Notes: generated from the letters alone by a model not told the origin. A stretch of 18,243 nucleotides of DNA from Promethearchaeota archaeon (GCA_048939245.1 JBHLPR010000043.1:1-18243); one strand, 5' to 3'. Counted from the first letter of the stretch, positions 1-8,202 are shown. Numbers and translations are program-made.

Positions 1-1
1 G

Positions 2-352
2 TCTAATGAGTGAGTTGCTGGTTTTGACATTGAGTGAACGGATAATTGCGTGTATAAGGGCTGAGAAGAGTTGAGCTGTTTGGTTTGGAAAAAGACTGTG
101 AGCGAGTAGTGTTAGTGAATAGAGGCGTTTGGGGCGGCCACGTTTCGCTTGTTCGTGACGCGAGGAAACGAGTCCAGCAATTTCTAAGACATCTAGATGC
201 CCTCGGATGGCACTGATGTTGATTCCGAGTTGCTCGGCTAAAAAGACCGCATTGGCATCTTGTACTAGCAAGCACTCAAGGATTGCCCGACGTGTACCAC
301 TAATCACTGGGGAGAGCTTGCTGGTTGACGTCAAAACGCTGAACCTTAGCAT
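2..352 (-). CDS. SufR/ArsR-like winged-helix transcriptional regulator (COG2345-like), 3' end runs off the window
   Basis: Not in the ORF track. Manual translation from ATG at 352 is open to the window edge: MLRFSVLTSTSKLSPVISGTRRAILECLLVQDANAVFLAEQLGINISAIRGHLDVLEIAGLVSSRHEQAKRGRPKRLYSLTLLAHSLFPNQ... It has the wHTH pattern (TRxxIL, LAxxLGI, AIRxHLxxLExxGLV) and the GRPxxxYxLT...LFP wing motif. Alternative starts are TTG 334 and GTG 307. Confidence 0.85.
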   Translation of the reverse strand, partial: MLRFSVLTSTSKLSPVISGTRRAILECLLVQDANAVFLAEQLGINISAIRGHLDVLEIAGLVSSRHEQAKRGRPKRLYSLTLLAHSLFPNQTAQLFSALIHAIIRSLNVKTSNSLIR

Positions 353-371
353 CTCCTGTTAGCTCTTTTCT

Positions 372-379
372 TATTTAAA
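372..379 (-). promoter_or_regulatory. Putative TATA box for the wHTH regulator (leaderless transcript)
   Basis: TTTAAATA on the minus strand, 20-27 nt upstream of the ATG at 352. Confidence 0.45.
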
Positions 380-499
380 TCATTATATGTAATATTTAGT
401 GACTATAATATGCCATTAAAACCGGCTCTACATCAACCAGGGGGAAAGCGCCATATACAGAGACTCAGCTCTAAGGCGCCTTATCGGATATTTATAGAA

Positions 500-1771
500 C
501 TATTCATAGCGCAAAGCCTTCACAGGATCAAGTTTCGCAGCTTTGCGTGCTGGGTAAAGCGCGAAGATAACACTAACAAGGATGGCAAATCCTACGGCGA
601 TGAAAATGGTTTCAATCGGTAAAACGGGGACGAGAGTAAAATTAGCGCTTCCGCTGAATCCGCTGAATCCGCCAAATCCTCCTCCACCTCCGCCTCCGAA
701 ATCTCCAAAGCCTCCGCTGAAGAGGGCGGGGAGCATCAATCCCATTCCATAGGCAAGCAGGAACCCCATCACAATTCCTACAATACCTCCGATGATTCCG
801 AGCAGGACTGCTTCGGAGAGGAACTGGCTTAGGATAGTTCGATCTTTGGCTCCGAGAGCTTTCATGATTCCGATTTCACGGGTTCGCTCCATAACTGACA
901 CAAGCATGATGTTGAGAATTGAAATGCCAGCGACGAGTAAGGCAATAGATGCAATGGCCAGGAGAAAGATTTCCATAATGTCAAATATGCTTAACACGGT
1001 ATTAATAATTGAACTTGGCACAAAAATGAGTACCTCATCATCAAAAGCGTCACTAATCTCATCAGCAACAGCGTCAGCTAGCGAAGGATCGGCAATGCGA
1101 ACATGAATACTATCAATATTCTGTGTATCGAAAATCGTTTGATAAGTGTCTAAGGGAAGGAAGACGTTGCGATCGAAAGGAAGCATACCAAGAAACCCAA
1201 CTTCCTCTAGAATTCCGCTTACAGTTAGAGAATAGTTGACGTAGGGGGAGCTAAAACCAAGTCGAACTTCCACTATGATGGTGTCTCCTGCGATGGCAAT
1301 GGGATCATCTAAATAACCAATCACGCAGGTTTCATTTTCTCCAGGATCTGGGTAATCACCACTAGAAAATGTCAAATGTGAACCGTATACTGCTTCAAGA
1401 TCAGTGAAATTCAGACCAACAATCCGAGTACCTAGTGTGCCACCTGTTTCATTATACACGGTTGTGCTGGATTGTGAAAAAGGTAAGGTGGCCTCAACAC
1501 CGGTAATATTTTGGATGTTATTAGTATCATTGATGGTAAATGTAGTGAATCCGCCGCTTCCAAAAATGCCACCTGGTAACACGGTGAGAATATCCATGGA
1601 TAATCCTTCGGTGAGCTGGGTGGTCACTTGGGCTTCAAAGCCGCCACCGAGGGCCGAAATTGAAACCACAGCCATGATACCCACAACAATACCTAAGGTT
1701 GTAAGGATGGTTCGGGTTTTTCGACGCCGCATGTTCGTAAATGATAACCCTAGAATGTTTCGAAATTTCAT
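500..1771 (-). CDS. MacB/FtsX-family ABC transporter permease
   Basis: N-terminal RRKTRTILTTLGIVVGI TM segment, large extracytoplasmic domain, GISILNIMLVSVMERTREIGIMKALGA motif, C-terminal YPARKAAKLDPVKALRYE. Confidence 0.95.
   Translation of the reverse strand: MKFRNILGLSFTNMRRRKTRTILTTLGIVVGIMAVVSISALGGGFEAQVTTQLTEGLSMDILTVLPGGIFGSGGFTTFTINDTNNIQNITGVEATLPFSQSSTTVYNETGGTLGTRIVGLNFTDLEAVYGSHLTFSSGDYPDPGENETCVIGYLDDPIAIAGDTIIVEVRLGFSSPYVNYSLTVSGILEEVGFLGMLPFDRNVFLPLDTYQTIFDTQNIDSIHVRIADPSLADAVADEISDAFDDEVLIFVPSSIINTVLSIFDIMEIFLLAIASIALLVAGISILNIMLVSVMERTREIGIMKALGAKDRTILSQFLSEAVLLGIIGGIVGIVMGFLLAYGMGLMLPALFSGGFGDFGGGGGGGFGGFSGFSGSANFTLVPVLPIETIFIAVGFAILVSVIFALYPARKAAKLDPVKALRYE
649..722 (-). 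repeat. Gly/Phe low-complexity repeat inside the permease
   Basis: Degenerate 9-nt tandem CCGCTGAAT CCGCTGAAT CCGCCAAAT plus CCT/CCG/CCA triplets, encoding FSGGFGDFGGGGGGGFGGFSGFSGS. Confidence 0.8.
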
Positions 1772-2553
1772 TGAATCACCTCCAGTCCTCCACCTGCACG
1801 TTCAGCAATGAATTCGCCATCTCTCATTTCGATGACGCGATCTGCCACGGTTGTTAATCGTGTGTCATGACCTACCACGATGAAAGTAAGCCCTTGGGTC
1901 TTGTTTAGCTGACGAAGCAGAGAGATAATCTCGGCTCCCGTTTTGGTGTCCAGGTTTCCAGTGGGTTCATCTGCTAAGATAATCCGAGGATTATTTGAGA
2001 GGGCACGAGCAATAGCCACACGCTGCTGTTCACCACCACTTAATTCTGAAGGAACATGGCCTCGGCGTTCCCCAAGCCCGACGCGTGTAAGTAATTCCTG
2101 GACTCGTCGGTGTGCATTAGCCGATGGGACATCCGCAAACTTAAGGGGTAATTCGATATTCCCTTGGGCAGTGAGTTGGGGCATTAAATTAAAAAATTGG
2201 AAAATAAAGCCTACGCGTCTTAGTCGCACGTCTGCCAGTTGATTATGGTCTAGAGTGGAGAGATCAAGCCCCTCAACAAAGACTTGACCGGAAGTTGGCT
2301 TGTCTAATGCCCCTAATAAATGGAGGAGCGTAGATTTTCCGCTACCTGAAACTCCTAAAATTACCAAGAATTCGCCGGGGAGTACCTGAAGATTCACGTT
2401 TTTTACGGCGTTAACAGCAACAGGTCCCATCTCATAGGTTTTACAAAGATCTGTTGCTTCGATGATGTATCGGGAGGTGTGTGATTCGTAATCGAAAAGG
2501 GGGACTATTGCATCATCGGGTTGTGTTGATTGAGGTTCAGTCATGGATCTCAC
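1768..2553 (-). CDS. LolD/MacB-type ABC transporter ATP-binding protein
   Basis: Walker [10 protein letters not shown]-loop GFIFQFFNL, signature [15 protein letters not shown], Walker [13 protein letters not shown]-loop GHD. ATGA stop/start overlap with the permease. The start may be ATG 2544. Confidence 0.95.
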   Translation of the reverse strand: MRSMTEPQSTQPDDAIVPLFDYESHTSRYIIEATDLCKTYEMGPVAVNAVKNVNLQVLPGEFLVILGVSGSGKSTLLHLLGALDKPTSGQVFVEGLDLSTLDHNQLADVRLRRVGFIFQFFNLMPQLTAQGNIELPLKFADVPSANAHRRVQELLTRVGLGERRGHVPSELSGGEQQRVAIARALSNNPRIILADEPTGNLDTKTGAEIISLLRQLNKTQGLTFIVVGHDTRLTTVADRVIEMRDGEFIAERAGGGLEVIQ

Positions 2554-2586
2554 CTATTGGGCGTGGTATGGATGAATCATGCTAAT

Positions 2587-2620
2587 TGTGTCTTTAATTG
2601 ACATGAAATTAACAAACACA
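2587..2620. promoter_or_regulatory. Imperfect palindrome, candidate PadR operator in the divergent promoter region
   Basis: TGTGT-ct-TTAATT-gacatga-AATTAA-caa-ACACA, directly before a TATAAG box at 2621. Confidence 0.4.
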
Positions 2621-2648
2621 TATAAGCTTTCGTAATTCATTATTGGAT

Positions 2649-3122
2649 ATGGCATTTGCGCCATTCTTTCAACGTCCAAAGGGCGTACTCCTACGCATTT
2701 CAATCCTTCGAATGCTCAGTGACGAACCGATGCATGGGTACCAGCTAATGAAACAGATTGAAGAACAAACAGGAGGTGCCTGGATTCCCTCCCACTCACT
2801 CCTGTATAACACCCTGAGTAAGCTAGAAGAAGAACACTATGTGTTTAGTAAGAAGGATTTCAAAGGGGAAGTGGAGCGAACTATCTACTCTATAACCAAA
2901 TCAGGCAAGAGCTATCTCAAGAAACAAGTGCAGCATATGGTGCAAATGATTTCTCAAATGATGCAGACTGTCTCTGATCGTCCCTTTCAACAGATGCCGC
3001 GTATGTTGTTATCACAGTTGGAACCTGACGAGCGCAAGCGCTTTTTACTCCAGATCAAAGACAACCTAAGGGCAACGCTCTTGGAAGTAGAGAAAGACTT
3101 AGCTGACCTTGAATCCAAGTGA
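2649..3122 (+). CDS. PadR-family transcriptional regulator
   Basis: LRISILRMLSDEPMHGYQLMKQIEE, W-x-PS...LYNTLSKLEEE, RTIYSITKSG. ATG 2649 is preferred over TTG 2643, with a TATA-like box about 25 nt upstream. Confidence 0.93.
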   Translation: MAFAPFFQRPKGVLLRISILRMLSDEPMHGYQLMKQIEEQTGGAWIPSHSLLYNTLSKLEEEHYVFSKKDFKGEVERTIYSITKSGKSYLKKQVQHMVQMISQMMQTVSDRPFQQMPRMLLSQLEPDERKRFLLQIKDNLRATLLEVEKDLADLESK

Positions 3123-3137
3123 AATCAGGCATTTCAA

Positions 3138-3145
3138 TTTTTTTT
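3138..3145 (+). terminator. Oligo-T archaeal terminator after the PadR gene
   Basis: T8 tract 16 nt after the stop codon. Confidence 0.5.
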
Positions 3146-3213
3146 GGATATCAAGATGAACCTTACCATAATAGTGGATAATTAACTAGATTTCCAATGC
3201 AAACAATCAGGCA

Positions 3214-3486
3214 CTATAAATCTTCAAATGGTGAACTACTGAGAGGTTCACGTGGAAATAAAACAGGGAGCCAAGGAAGAATGGCAAGCCCTCCTAATAC
3301 AAGAAAGATGAGCAAAAGTGTGATAATCTTCTCATACGGTTGCAGGGCAGATGCAAAGAAAATCAACCAGATAACTGCGACTACAGGGAACATGGCTAGA
3401 AAGATCAAACTTGCATAAAGTCTTGATTTCCGACTGATCTGTTTTTATTCCTTCTCTTCCGTCTTAGTATCGCTCGTCGCAATCAC
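3214..3486 (-). pseudogene. Small two-TM membrane protein with an apparent premature TAA (or a shorter intact gene from TTG 3408)
   Basis: From GTG 3486 the frame reads MIATSDTKTEEKE*KQISRKSRLYASLIFLAMFPVVAVIWLIFFASALQPYEKIITLLLIFLVLGGLAILPWLPVLF..., with TAA at 3445-3447. The ORF-track start lies inside the first hydrophobic helix. Confidence 0.55.
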
Positions 3487-3541
3487 TGTAATTAATTATG
3501 TCATCACCGATGGCGAGTCATTGATGGTTTTTTCGGAAAAG

Positions 3542-4108
3542 CTAGAATTTAATCTCAACGGCTTCCAGTGAACACGTAGTGAAGAATTGTTTCCCTGTGT
3601 GTTGACAGGGACGAAACTTTGTGATGTCCCAGGTTTTTGAGAAATAACCTTCAATGACGTGGGCGGCCATTATCTCTCCAACGATGAGGTCATGGTCACC
3701 GGCTTCGAAGGTTTTCCATACTTTGCACTCTAAATGGGCGACACATTCTTCGATGAGGGGAGCTTTCACCATTTTGGCTTTTCGAGCAGTGAGAGGAAGT
3801 TCAGCGAATTTATCAATATTTTTCCCACTCATGCGTCCAGCACGAATGACTTTTTCTGCCATATCAAATGTGGGAATGTTAACGACGAATTCACCAGTTT
3901 CTTGGATAATTTTGTAGGAGAATCGCTCCTTTCGGATACTCATGGTTATTAGAGGTGGATTTACGCTGGTGGGAATAATCCAAGCAATCGTCAACACATT
4001 GTTTTGCCCATCATTAGTTTTCGATGAGACCAATGCTGCATTATACGGGTGAAGCATATACAGGGATTGATTCAATGGAACCGTAACTTTCTCAGGCCCT
4101 TCAGACAT
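3542..4108 (-). CDS. Flavin reductase-like (flavoredoxin / DIM6-NTAB family) protein
   Basis: P...LVSS, NVLTIAW, SVNPP, RFSYKIIQETGEFVVNIP, GRMSG...DKF, APLIEECVAHLECKV, GDHDLIVGEI. ATG 4108 (MSEGPEK) is preferred, with ATG 4129 as an alternative. Confidence 0.92.
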   Translation of the reverse strand: MSEGPEKVTVPLNQSLYMLHPYNAALVSSKTNDGQNNVLTIAWIIPTSVNPPLITMSIRKERFSYKIIQETGEFVVNIPTFDMAEKVIRAGRMSGKNIDKFAELPLTARKAKMVKAPLIEECVAHLECKVWKTFEAGDHDLIVGEIMAAHVIEGYFSKTWDITKFRPCQHTGKQFFTTCSLEAVEIKF

Positions 4109-4208
4109 TTCAGAACAACATCCATTCATATTCGAAGCAGGCTATTTTTCAGAGCTTCGATGGTCTTCAATGAGTTGACTTTCGACATAAAAAGACATAC
4201 CACTTACT

Positions 4209-4224
4209 AGAGCTTCGAAGCTCT
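4209..4224. promoter_or_regulatory. Perfect 16-bp palindrome in the divergent promoter region
   Basis: AGAGCTTCGAAGCTCT, with related partial copies at 4150-4160 and 4132-4138. Confidence 0.45.
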
Positions 4225-4292
4225 GCAACGGTCATTTGATTTAGTGAGGATTTTAATAGCAATAGCACTCCTCTAGCAGTAGAGTGGTTCAA

Positions 4293-4940
4293 ATGACGGT
4301 TACCATCAAATGGCTAGCACACGCTAGCTTTCAAATTAAAGCGGATACAAAAATCATCTATATCGATCTTGAGCAAGGGGCTAATCCTAAGGAGCCCGCT
4401 GACATCATCCTTTCCACTCATTCTCACTACGATCACTGTGATCCAGAGAAGATCAAAAGTGTACGTAAAGACGATACCCTTGTCATCGCACCAGCTGATT
4501 GTAGGGCTAAAATTGGGGGCGAAGTCCATTCCCTGAAACCAGGCGAAGAGCATGCGGTTGGCGATATCCATATTCGTGCAGTTGAGGCATACAACCTAAC
4601 TCGGTTTCGCTCACCTGGGCAACCCTATCATCCCAAAGGGTTGGGTGTCGGTTATGTAATTAGGGCTGGTGGCAAAAGTATCTATCATGCTGGTGACACA
4701 GATTTCATTCCTGAAATGAAAGAGCTTGGTTCCATTGACGTTGCTCTTCTACCTGCTGGCGACACATATACCATGGACAATAAGGAAGCTGCAGATGCAG
4801 CGTTGGCAATCAAGCCCAAGGTCGCCATTGCCATGCATCTCTGGAATAAAGGCGACTCTGCATTCAGAAAGCATATTGAAGACAGCTCGAATATTCGTGT
4901 AGTTACTTTAGAAAAAGATGGCGAATTCGCACTCGATTAG
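4293..4940 (+). CDS. MBL-fold metallo-hydrolase (UPF0173/Lactamase_B_3-like)
   Basis: WLAHASFQI, THSHYDH metal motif, YHPKG, IYHAGDT, YTM, AMH. GTG 4284 is an alternative start. Confidence 0.92.
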   Translation: MTVTIKWLAHASFQIKADTKIIYIDLEQGANPKEPADIILSTHSHYDHCDPEKIKSVRKDDTLVIAPADCRAKIGGEVHSLKPGEEHAVGDIHIRAVEAYNLTRFRSPGQPYHPKGLGVGYVIRAGGKSIYHAGDTDFIPEMKELGSIDVALLPAGDTYTMDNKEAADAALAIKPKVAIAMHLWNKGDSAFRKHIEDSSNIRVVTLEKDGEFALD

Positions 4941-4988
4941 CCCAAATCGTGTAAATAGATTGATTCCGTCTTTCAGTGAGTACTTGAG

Positions 4989-5003
4989 AGAAATATTTTT
5001 AAT
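4989..5003 (+). promoter_or_regulatory. BRE/TATA-like promoter upstream of the candidate ncRNA
   Basis: AGAAATATTTTTAAT. The first 13 nt are identical to the box at 5215-5227 upstream of the ABC operon. Confidence 0.5.
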
Positions 5004-5026
5004 CTAGCCTAGGTTAACCCGATATC

Positions 5027-5186
5027 GAGGCATATCTGGTGGAATTGTTCAAACTGGATAATTAGCCCTTTTTGCCATGTGGATAGTGAGATTGGCGTTT
5101 CTTTTGTCAGTAGTCCCTTTGGGGTGATTCCAAGATGCCTGAGAAAGGAAAGTTTGCAGCGGTCAAATGCGACAGGGCTAGTCCAA
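5027..5186 (+). ncRNA. Candidate structured non-coding RNA of unknown family (~160 nt)
   Basis: At least five hand-identified helices, with G-U pairs favouring the + strand. It starts about 24 nt after a TATA-like box and the ORF track has no entry there. I do not recognise it as a known family. Confidence 0.5.
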
Positions 5187-5214
5187 ATAAGATTAGATAG
5201 TCATTAAATCTTAT

Positions 5215-5231
5215 AGAAATATTTTTATATT
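5215..5231 (+). promoter_or_regulatory. BRE/TATA-like promoter of the ABC-2 operon
   Basis: AGAAATATTTTTATATT, followed by a GGAGG RBS at 5260-5264 and ATG 5272. Confidence 0.6.
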
Positions 5232-5271
5232 AATCTCTGTTATTCCGCATTAAATTACAGGAGGCGTAGCC

Positions 5272-6321
5272 ATGCCCCCAAATCAGGAACCAATTGCAGA
5301 AATTAACAATGTAGTACGGATCTATACCAAACCCTTCCATCGTCCACGCAAAGGTGCTGCACGACGATTTATCGGCTTTCTTAAACGTGAAAAGCAAAAG
5401 ATCCGAGCACTCGATGATGTCAGTTTTGCCATTCACCCTGGTGAATGCGTTGCACTCCTTGGACCGAATGGGGCAGGCAAATCTACTACGGTCAAATTGC
5501 TTAGCGGCATCCTACACCCGACTTCAGGACAGGTGCGCCTTTTTGGCATGGATCCCTACCACAATCGCATCGCTTGTGCCATGCGGTATGGAGTCGTCTT
5601 TGGCCAGCGAACGCTGCTTTGGACACATGTTCCGGTGCTCGAGAGCTTGAAACTCTATCAGAAGATGTACAATGTCCCGAAACCCATCTTCGATGAACGC
5701 CTAAAGGAGTTCACCGAGATTCTGGATATCGAGCAACACCTTCATAATGCTCCTCGACGCCTTTCATTAGGCGAGCGGATGCGGTGCGAAATCATCGCTG
5801 CGTTACTCCACCAACCAGAGGTGATTTTCCTCGACGAACCCACTGTCGGGCTCGATGTCGTGGCTAAAAAACGGATCCGTGACTTCATTCGACGGGTTAA
5901 CCGTGAAGAGAATGTCACCGTTCTACTTTGCAGCCACAGTATGCGAGATGTCGAGGAACTCTCGGACCGCATCATACTTATCTCTCGAGGCAACATTAGG
6001 TTTGATGGACCCAAAAAACAGCTTAAACGTCAATGGAGTAATGAACGCAAGGTTCGAATTCTTTACAAGAAAGCCAAAGCCAGAAATTGGCAACGGCAAC
6101 TGAACGAGCTGCCCGGTGTTATCAATTTGGAAGTCAACAATGGGCAAGTGGAATTTCGCATCAATCAAGATCAGCTGCTAGTTTCTGACTTTCTCCAAAA
6201 TGCAATGACCCTTTTAGCAGTCGATGATATTCAAGTGACTGAGCCCAATCTGGAAGACATCATACGAGAAATCTTTGGCGAGGAAGAACGAGCCTCGAAC
6301 AAATCCCCGGAGGTCGTTTAG
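5272..6321 (+). CDS. ABC-2 type transporter ATP-binding protein (COG4586-like)
   Basis: GPNGAGKST, GVVFGQRTLLW, LSLGERMRCEI signature variant, FLDEPTVGLD, H-loop CSH. Confidence 0.95.
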   Translation: MPPNQEPIAEINNVVRIYTKPFHRPRKGAARRFIGFLKREKQKIRALDDVSFAIHPGECVALLGPNGAGKSTTVKLLSGILHPTSGQVRLFGMDPYHNRIACAMRYGVVFGQRTLLWTHVPVLESLKLYQKMYNVPKPIFDERLKEFTEILDIEQHLHNAPRRLSLGERMRCEIIAALLHQPEVIFLDEPTVGLDVVAKKRIRDFIRRVNREENVTVLLCSHSMRDVEELSDRIILISRGNIRFDGPKKQLKRQWSNERKVRILYKKAKARNWQRQLNELPGVINLEVNNGQVEFRINQDQLLVSDFLQNAMTLLAVDDIQVTEPNLEDIIREIFGEEERASNKSPEVV

Positions 6322-7152
6322 ATGGGAACTAAAGATGTCCTTCGTCAATTACGACTCCTACCCGACTATATTCGATTATCCTTTCTTCGAGTAGCTGAAA
6401 ACAAAATTCAGATTTTCGGGGCCTTCTTCAGCACATCCGTAAACCTAGCGATGTATGTGCTTTTTTGGGGCGTCATCACCTATCAAATCCCCATTCTCAC
6501 TGGATATGGCTGGGTTGTCTGGGGGCAAGGTGAACTCACATTTCTCATTGGAATGACCGAAGTCGCTTGGGGATTTGGGGCCTTTTTCTGGATGGGAATT
6601 TGGGAAACACACTGGTATATCACCGAAATCGGAATCGAAACATTTCAAATTCGTCCCGCTGGCTCAATTTACCAAATTCTGGCTACCTCCTTTTGGGCTG
6701 GAGGATTGGTCCAGGTTGGGGTTGGTGGGGTGATGTTAGCATTATCGGTGCTAGCCTTTGGATTAGTGGTAACTCCGTTTAGTATTGTGTTCGGAGTAAT
6801 CGCCTTACTGCTGGGACAGGCTGCTTTGTATCTATTGTGGGCCTGTCTGTGTTGTCTGGCGTTCTGGATTGGGAGAAATGAAGGGCTATTGGAAATTTCT
6901 GATGCGCTAGAGTATAACTTCGCAAGGATGCCCATTGATGTAATGCCTGTAGGAGTGCAGTACTTTTTGCTCTTTGTTTTTCCTGTTATCTTCATCTCCA
7001 CTGTACCCACAATGATAATGCTGAATCTGCTTCCATTGGGTCCTGCACTAATCTATCTAGGAATTGCGGGAGTGCTTGTGATTCTGTGGTTGCTAGTTCT
7101 TCGTGTGGTATGGAGTCGGGGACTCAGACGTTACCAACCTGTAGGAGGGTAG
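6322..7152 (+). CDS. ABC-2 family permease (DUF990-type)
   Basis: About six hydrophobic segments, RP motif, FARMPIDV, C-terminal GLRRYQPVGG. Abuts the ATPase stop codon. Confidence 0.88.
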   Translation: MGTKDVLRQLRLLPDYIRLSFLRVAENKIQIFGAFFSTSVNLAMYVLFWGVITYQIPILTGYGWVVWGQGELTFLIGMTEVAWGFGAFFWMGIWETHWYITEIGIETFQIRPAGSIYQILATSFWAGGLVQVGVGGVMLALSVLAFGLVVTPFSIVFGVIALLLGQAALYLLWACLCCLAFWIGRNEGLLEISDALEYNFARMPIDVMPVGVQYFLLFVFPVIFISTVPTMIMLNLLPLGPALIYLGIAGVLVILWLLVLRVVWSRGLRRYQPVGG

Positions 7153-7157
7153 ATACA

Positions 7158-7982
7158 ATGGCTGATCGAAAACGAATGGAAAGCTATATTGCGGTGGCCC
7201 GGATTTCCTTCCGAAATTCCCGGCAGTACACCGTAGATTTCCTGACCGGCTTTGCATTCTTTCCTACTCAACTCATTGCCTTATCGATAGTCTACTGGAT
7301 TGTTTATCTCCAATCCTGGCTTCTCAATGGTACCAACGTAATAGGTGGCTTCAACTATCCCGAACTCATCAGCTATTTATTTATAGCCCTGATTATTGCC
7401 CGTGCCCTGCCAAGGTGGCGGTTAAGTGTGCAAATCGAGCAAGATATTGATCGCGGTCCCTTAGTCTCATATCTCTCTAAACCCATTGATTACTCAGGCT
7501 TTCGCTTCTTCAGCGAACTTCCTCGTTCCATTCTCTACCTAATCTTCGGAAGTATCACCTATCTGATTGCTATGCTTTTCATCCCCCTACCGTTTCCAAC
7601 ACTAACGAACTTAATACTCTTCATTCCCTTCTTCATCATCGCCTATTTGGTTGCCTTCCTCTTGGTATTTACCATGTCATTGGGAACCTTCTGGGTTAAC
7701 CGCCAATGGTGGCTTCGCAACCTCCTCAGTCTACTCATGATCATCGCGGGTGGCGGACTTATCCCTCTAAGCTTCTTTCCTCCGATTATACAAACAGTAT
7801 TTAGCCTCTTACCCTTTCAATACTGTTACTACATTCCAGCCATTATCCTTCAGGGATATTATCTCCCCGAACAACTACTTCCTATCGCGTTGCTAAGCGT
7901 TATCTGGCTCTTGATTCTTTGGATATTAGCCCGTATCATATGGGGTCTTGGTCGACGAAGGTATGAAGGACCTGGTGGTTAG
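7158..7982 (+). CDS. ABC-2 family permease (DUF990-type), second subunit
   Basis: DIDRGPLVSYLSKPIDY, GGGLIPLSFFP, LPFQY..YIP, C-terminal GRRRYEGPGG. ATG 7158 (MADRKR) is preferred to the overlapping 7086 start. Confidence 0.9.
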   Translation: MADRKRMESYIAVARISFRNSRQYTVDFLTGFAFFPTQLIALSIVYWIVYLQSWLLNGTNVIGGFNYPELISYLFIALIIARALPRWRLSVQIEQDIDRGPLVSYLSKPIDYSGFRFFSELPRSILYLIFGSITYLIAMLFIPLPFPTLTNLILFIPFFIIAYLVAFLLVFTMSLGTFWVNRQWWLRNLLSLLMIIAGGGLIPLSFFPPIIQTVFSLLPFQYCYYIPAIILQGYYLPEQLLPIALLSVIWLLILWILARIIWGLGRRRYEGPGG

Positions 7983-8159
7983 CTACTCTAAGTATAGTTG
8001 AAGTAGTGACACTCGACCTCAGCATTTACTCCTGTAACTTTAGCTGAAGGTTGAACATTGGGGAAAGGCGAAAATTAGAATAGATATCCCCCAAAAACCC
8101 AAGATCACTAATTTGCTATTAGTGCCAAATTTGGGACATTTACCTGTTGCTACGCAAGA

Positions 8160-8191
8160 TGAGTGATTTAAATACAAAGCCCAATCACTCA
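8160..8191 (+). promoter_or_regulatory. TATA box embedded in a 9-bp inverted repeat (candidate operator)
   Basis: TGAGTGATT-N14-AATCACTCA, with TTTAAATA at 8167-8174 and ATG at 8203. Confidence 0.55.
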
Positions 8192-8202
8192 ATTCGATAA
8201 CT

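Noticed and set aside
3-275. ORF-track 90-aa minus-strand ORF
   Set aside because: Wrong frame. It overlaps the wHTH regulator encoded in another frame of the same strand.
3123-3213. 9-bp direct repeat AATCAGGCA flanking the intergenic gap (possible target-site duplication)
   Set aside because: No terminal inverted repeats or transposase, so it is compatible with chance or a small local duplication.
5027-5186. Assignment to RNase P RNA (GGAAAGT, GGTCAAATG), TPP (CTGAGA), c-di-AMP (TTGGGGTGA) or glycine (minus-strand CTCAGG) riboswitches
   Set aside because: Only isolated short motifs match. The other required conserved elements are absent or in the wrong order.
5009-5200. Open minus-strand frame of about 60 codons across the candidate ncRNA
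   Set aside because: No ATG/GTG/TTG start after the upstream stop and no recognisable motif. It cannot be fully excluded as a gene remnant.
6319-6324. ATPase-permease fusion by readthrough of the in-frame TAG-ATG junction
   Set aside because: Abutting stop and start codons are ordinary translational coupling, and both proteins are full length separately.
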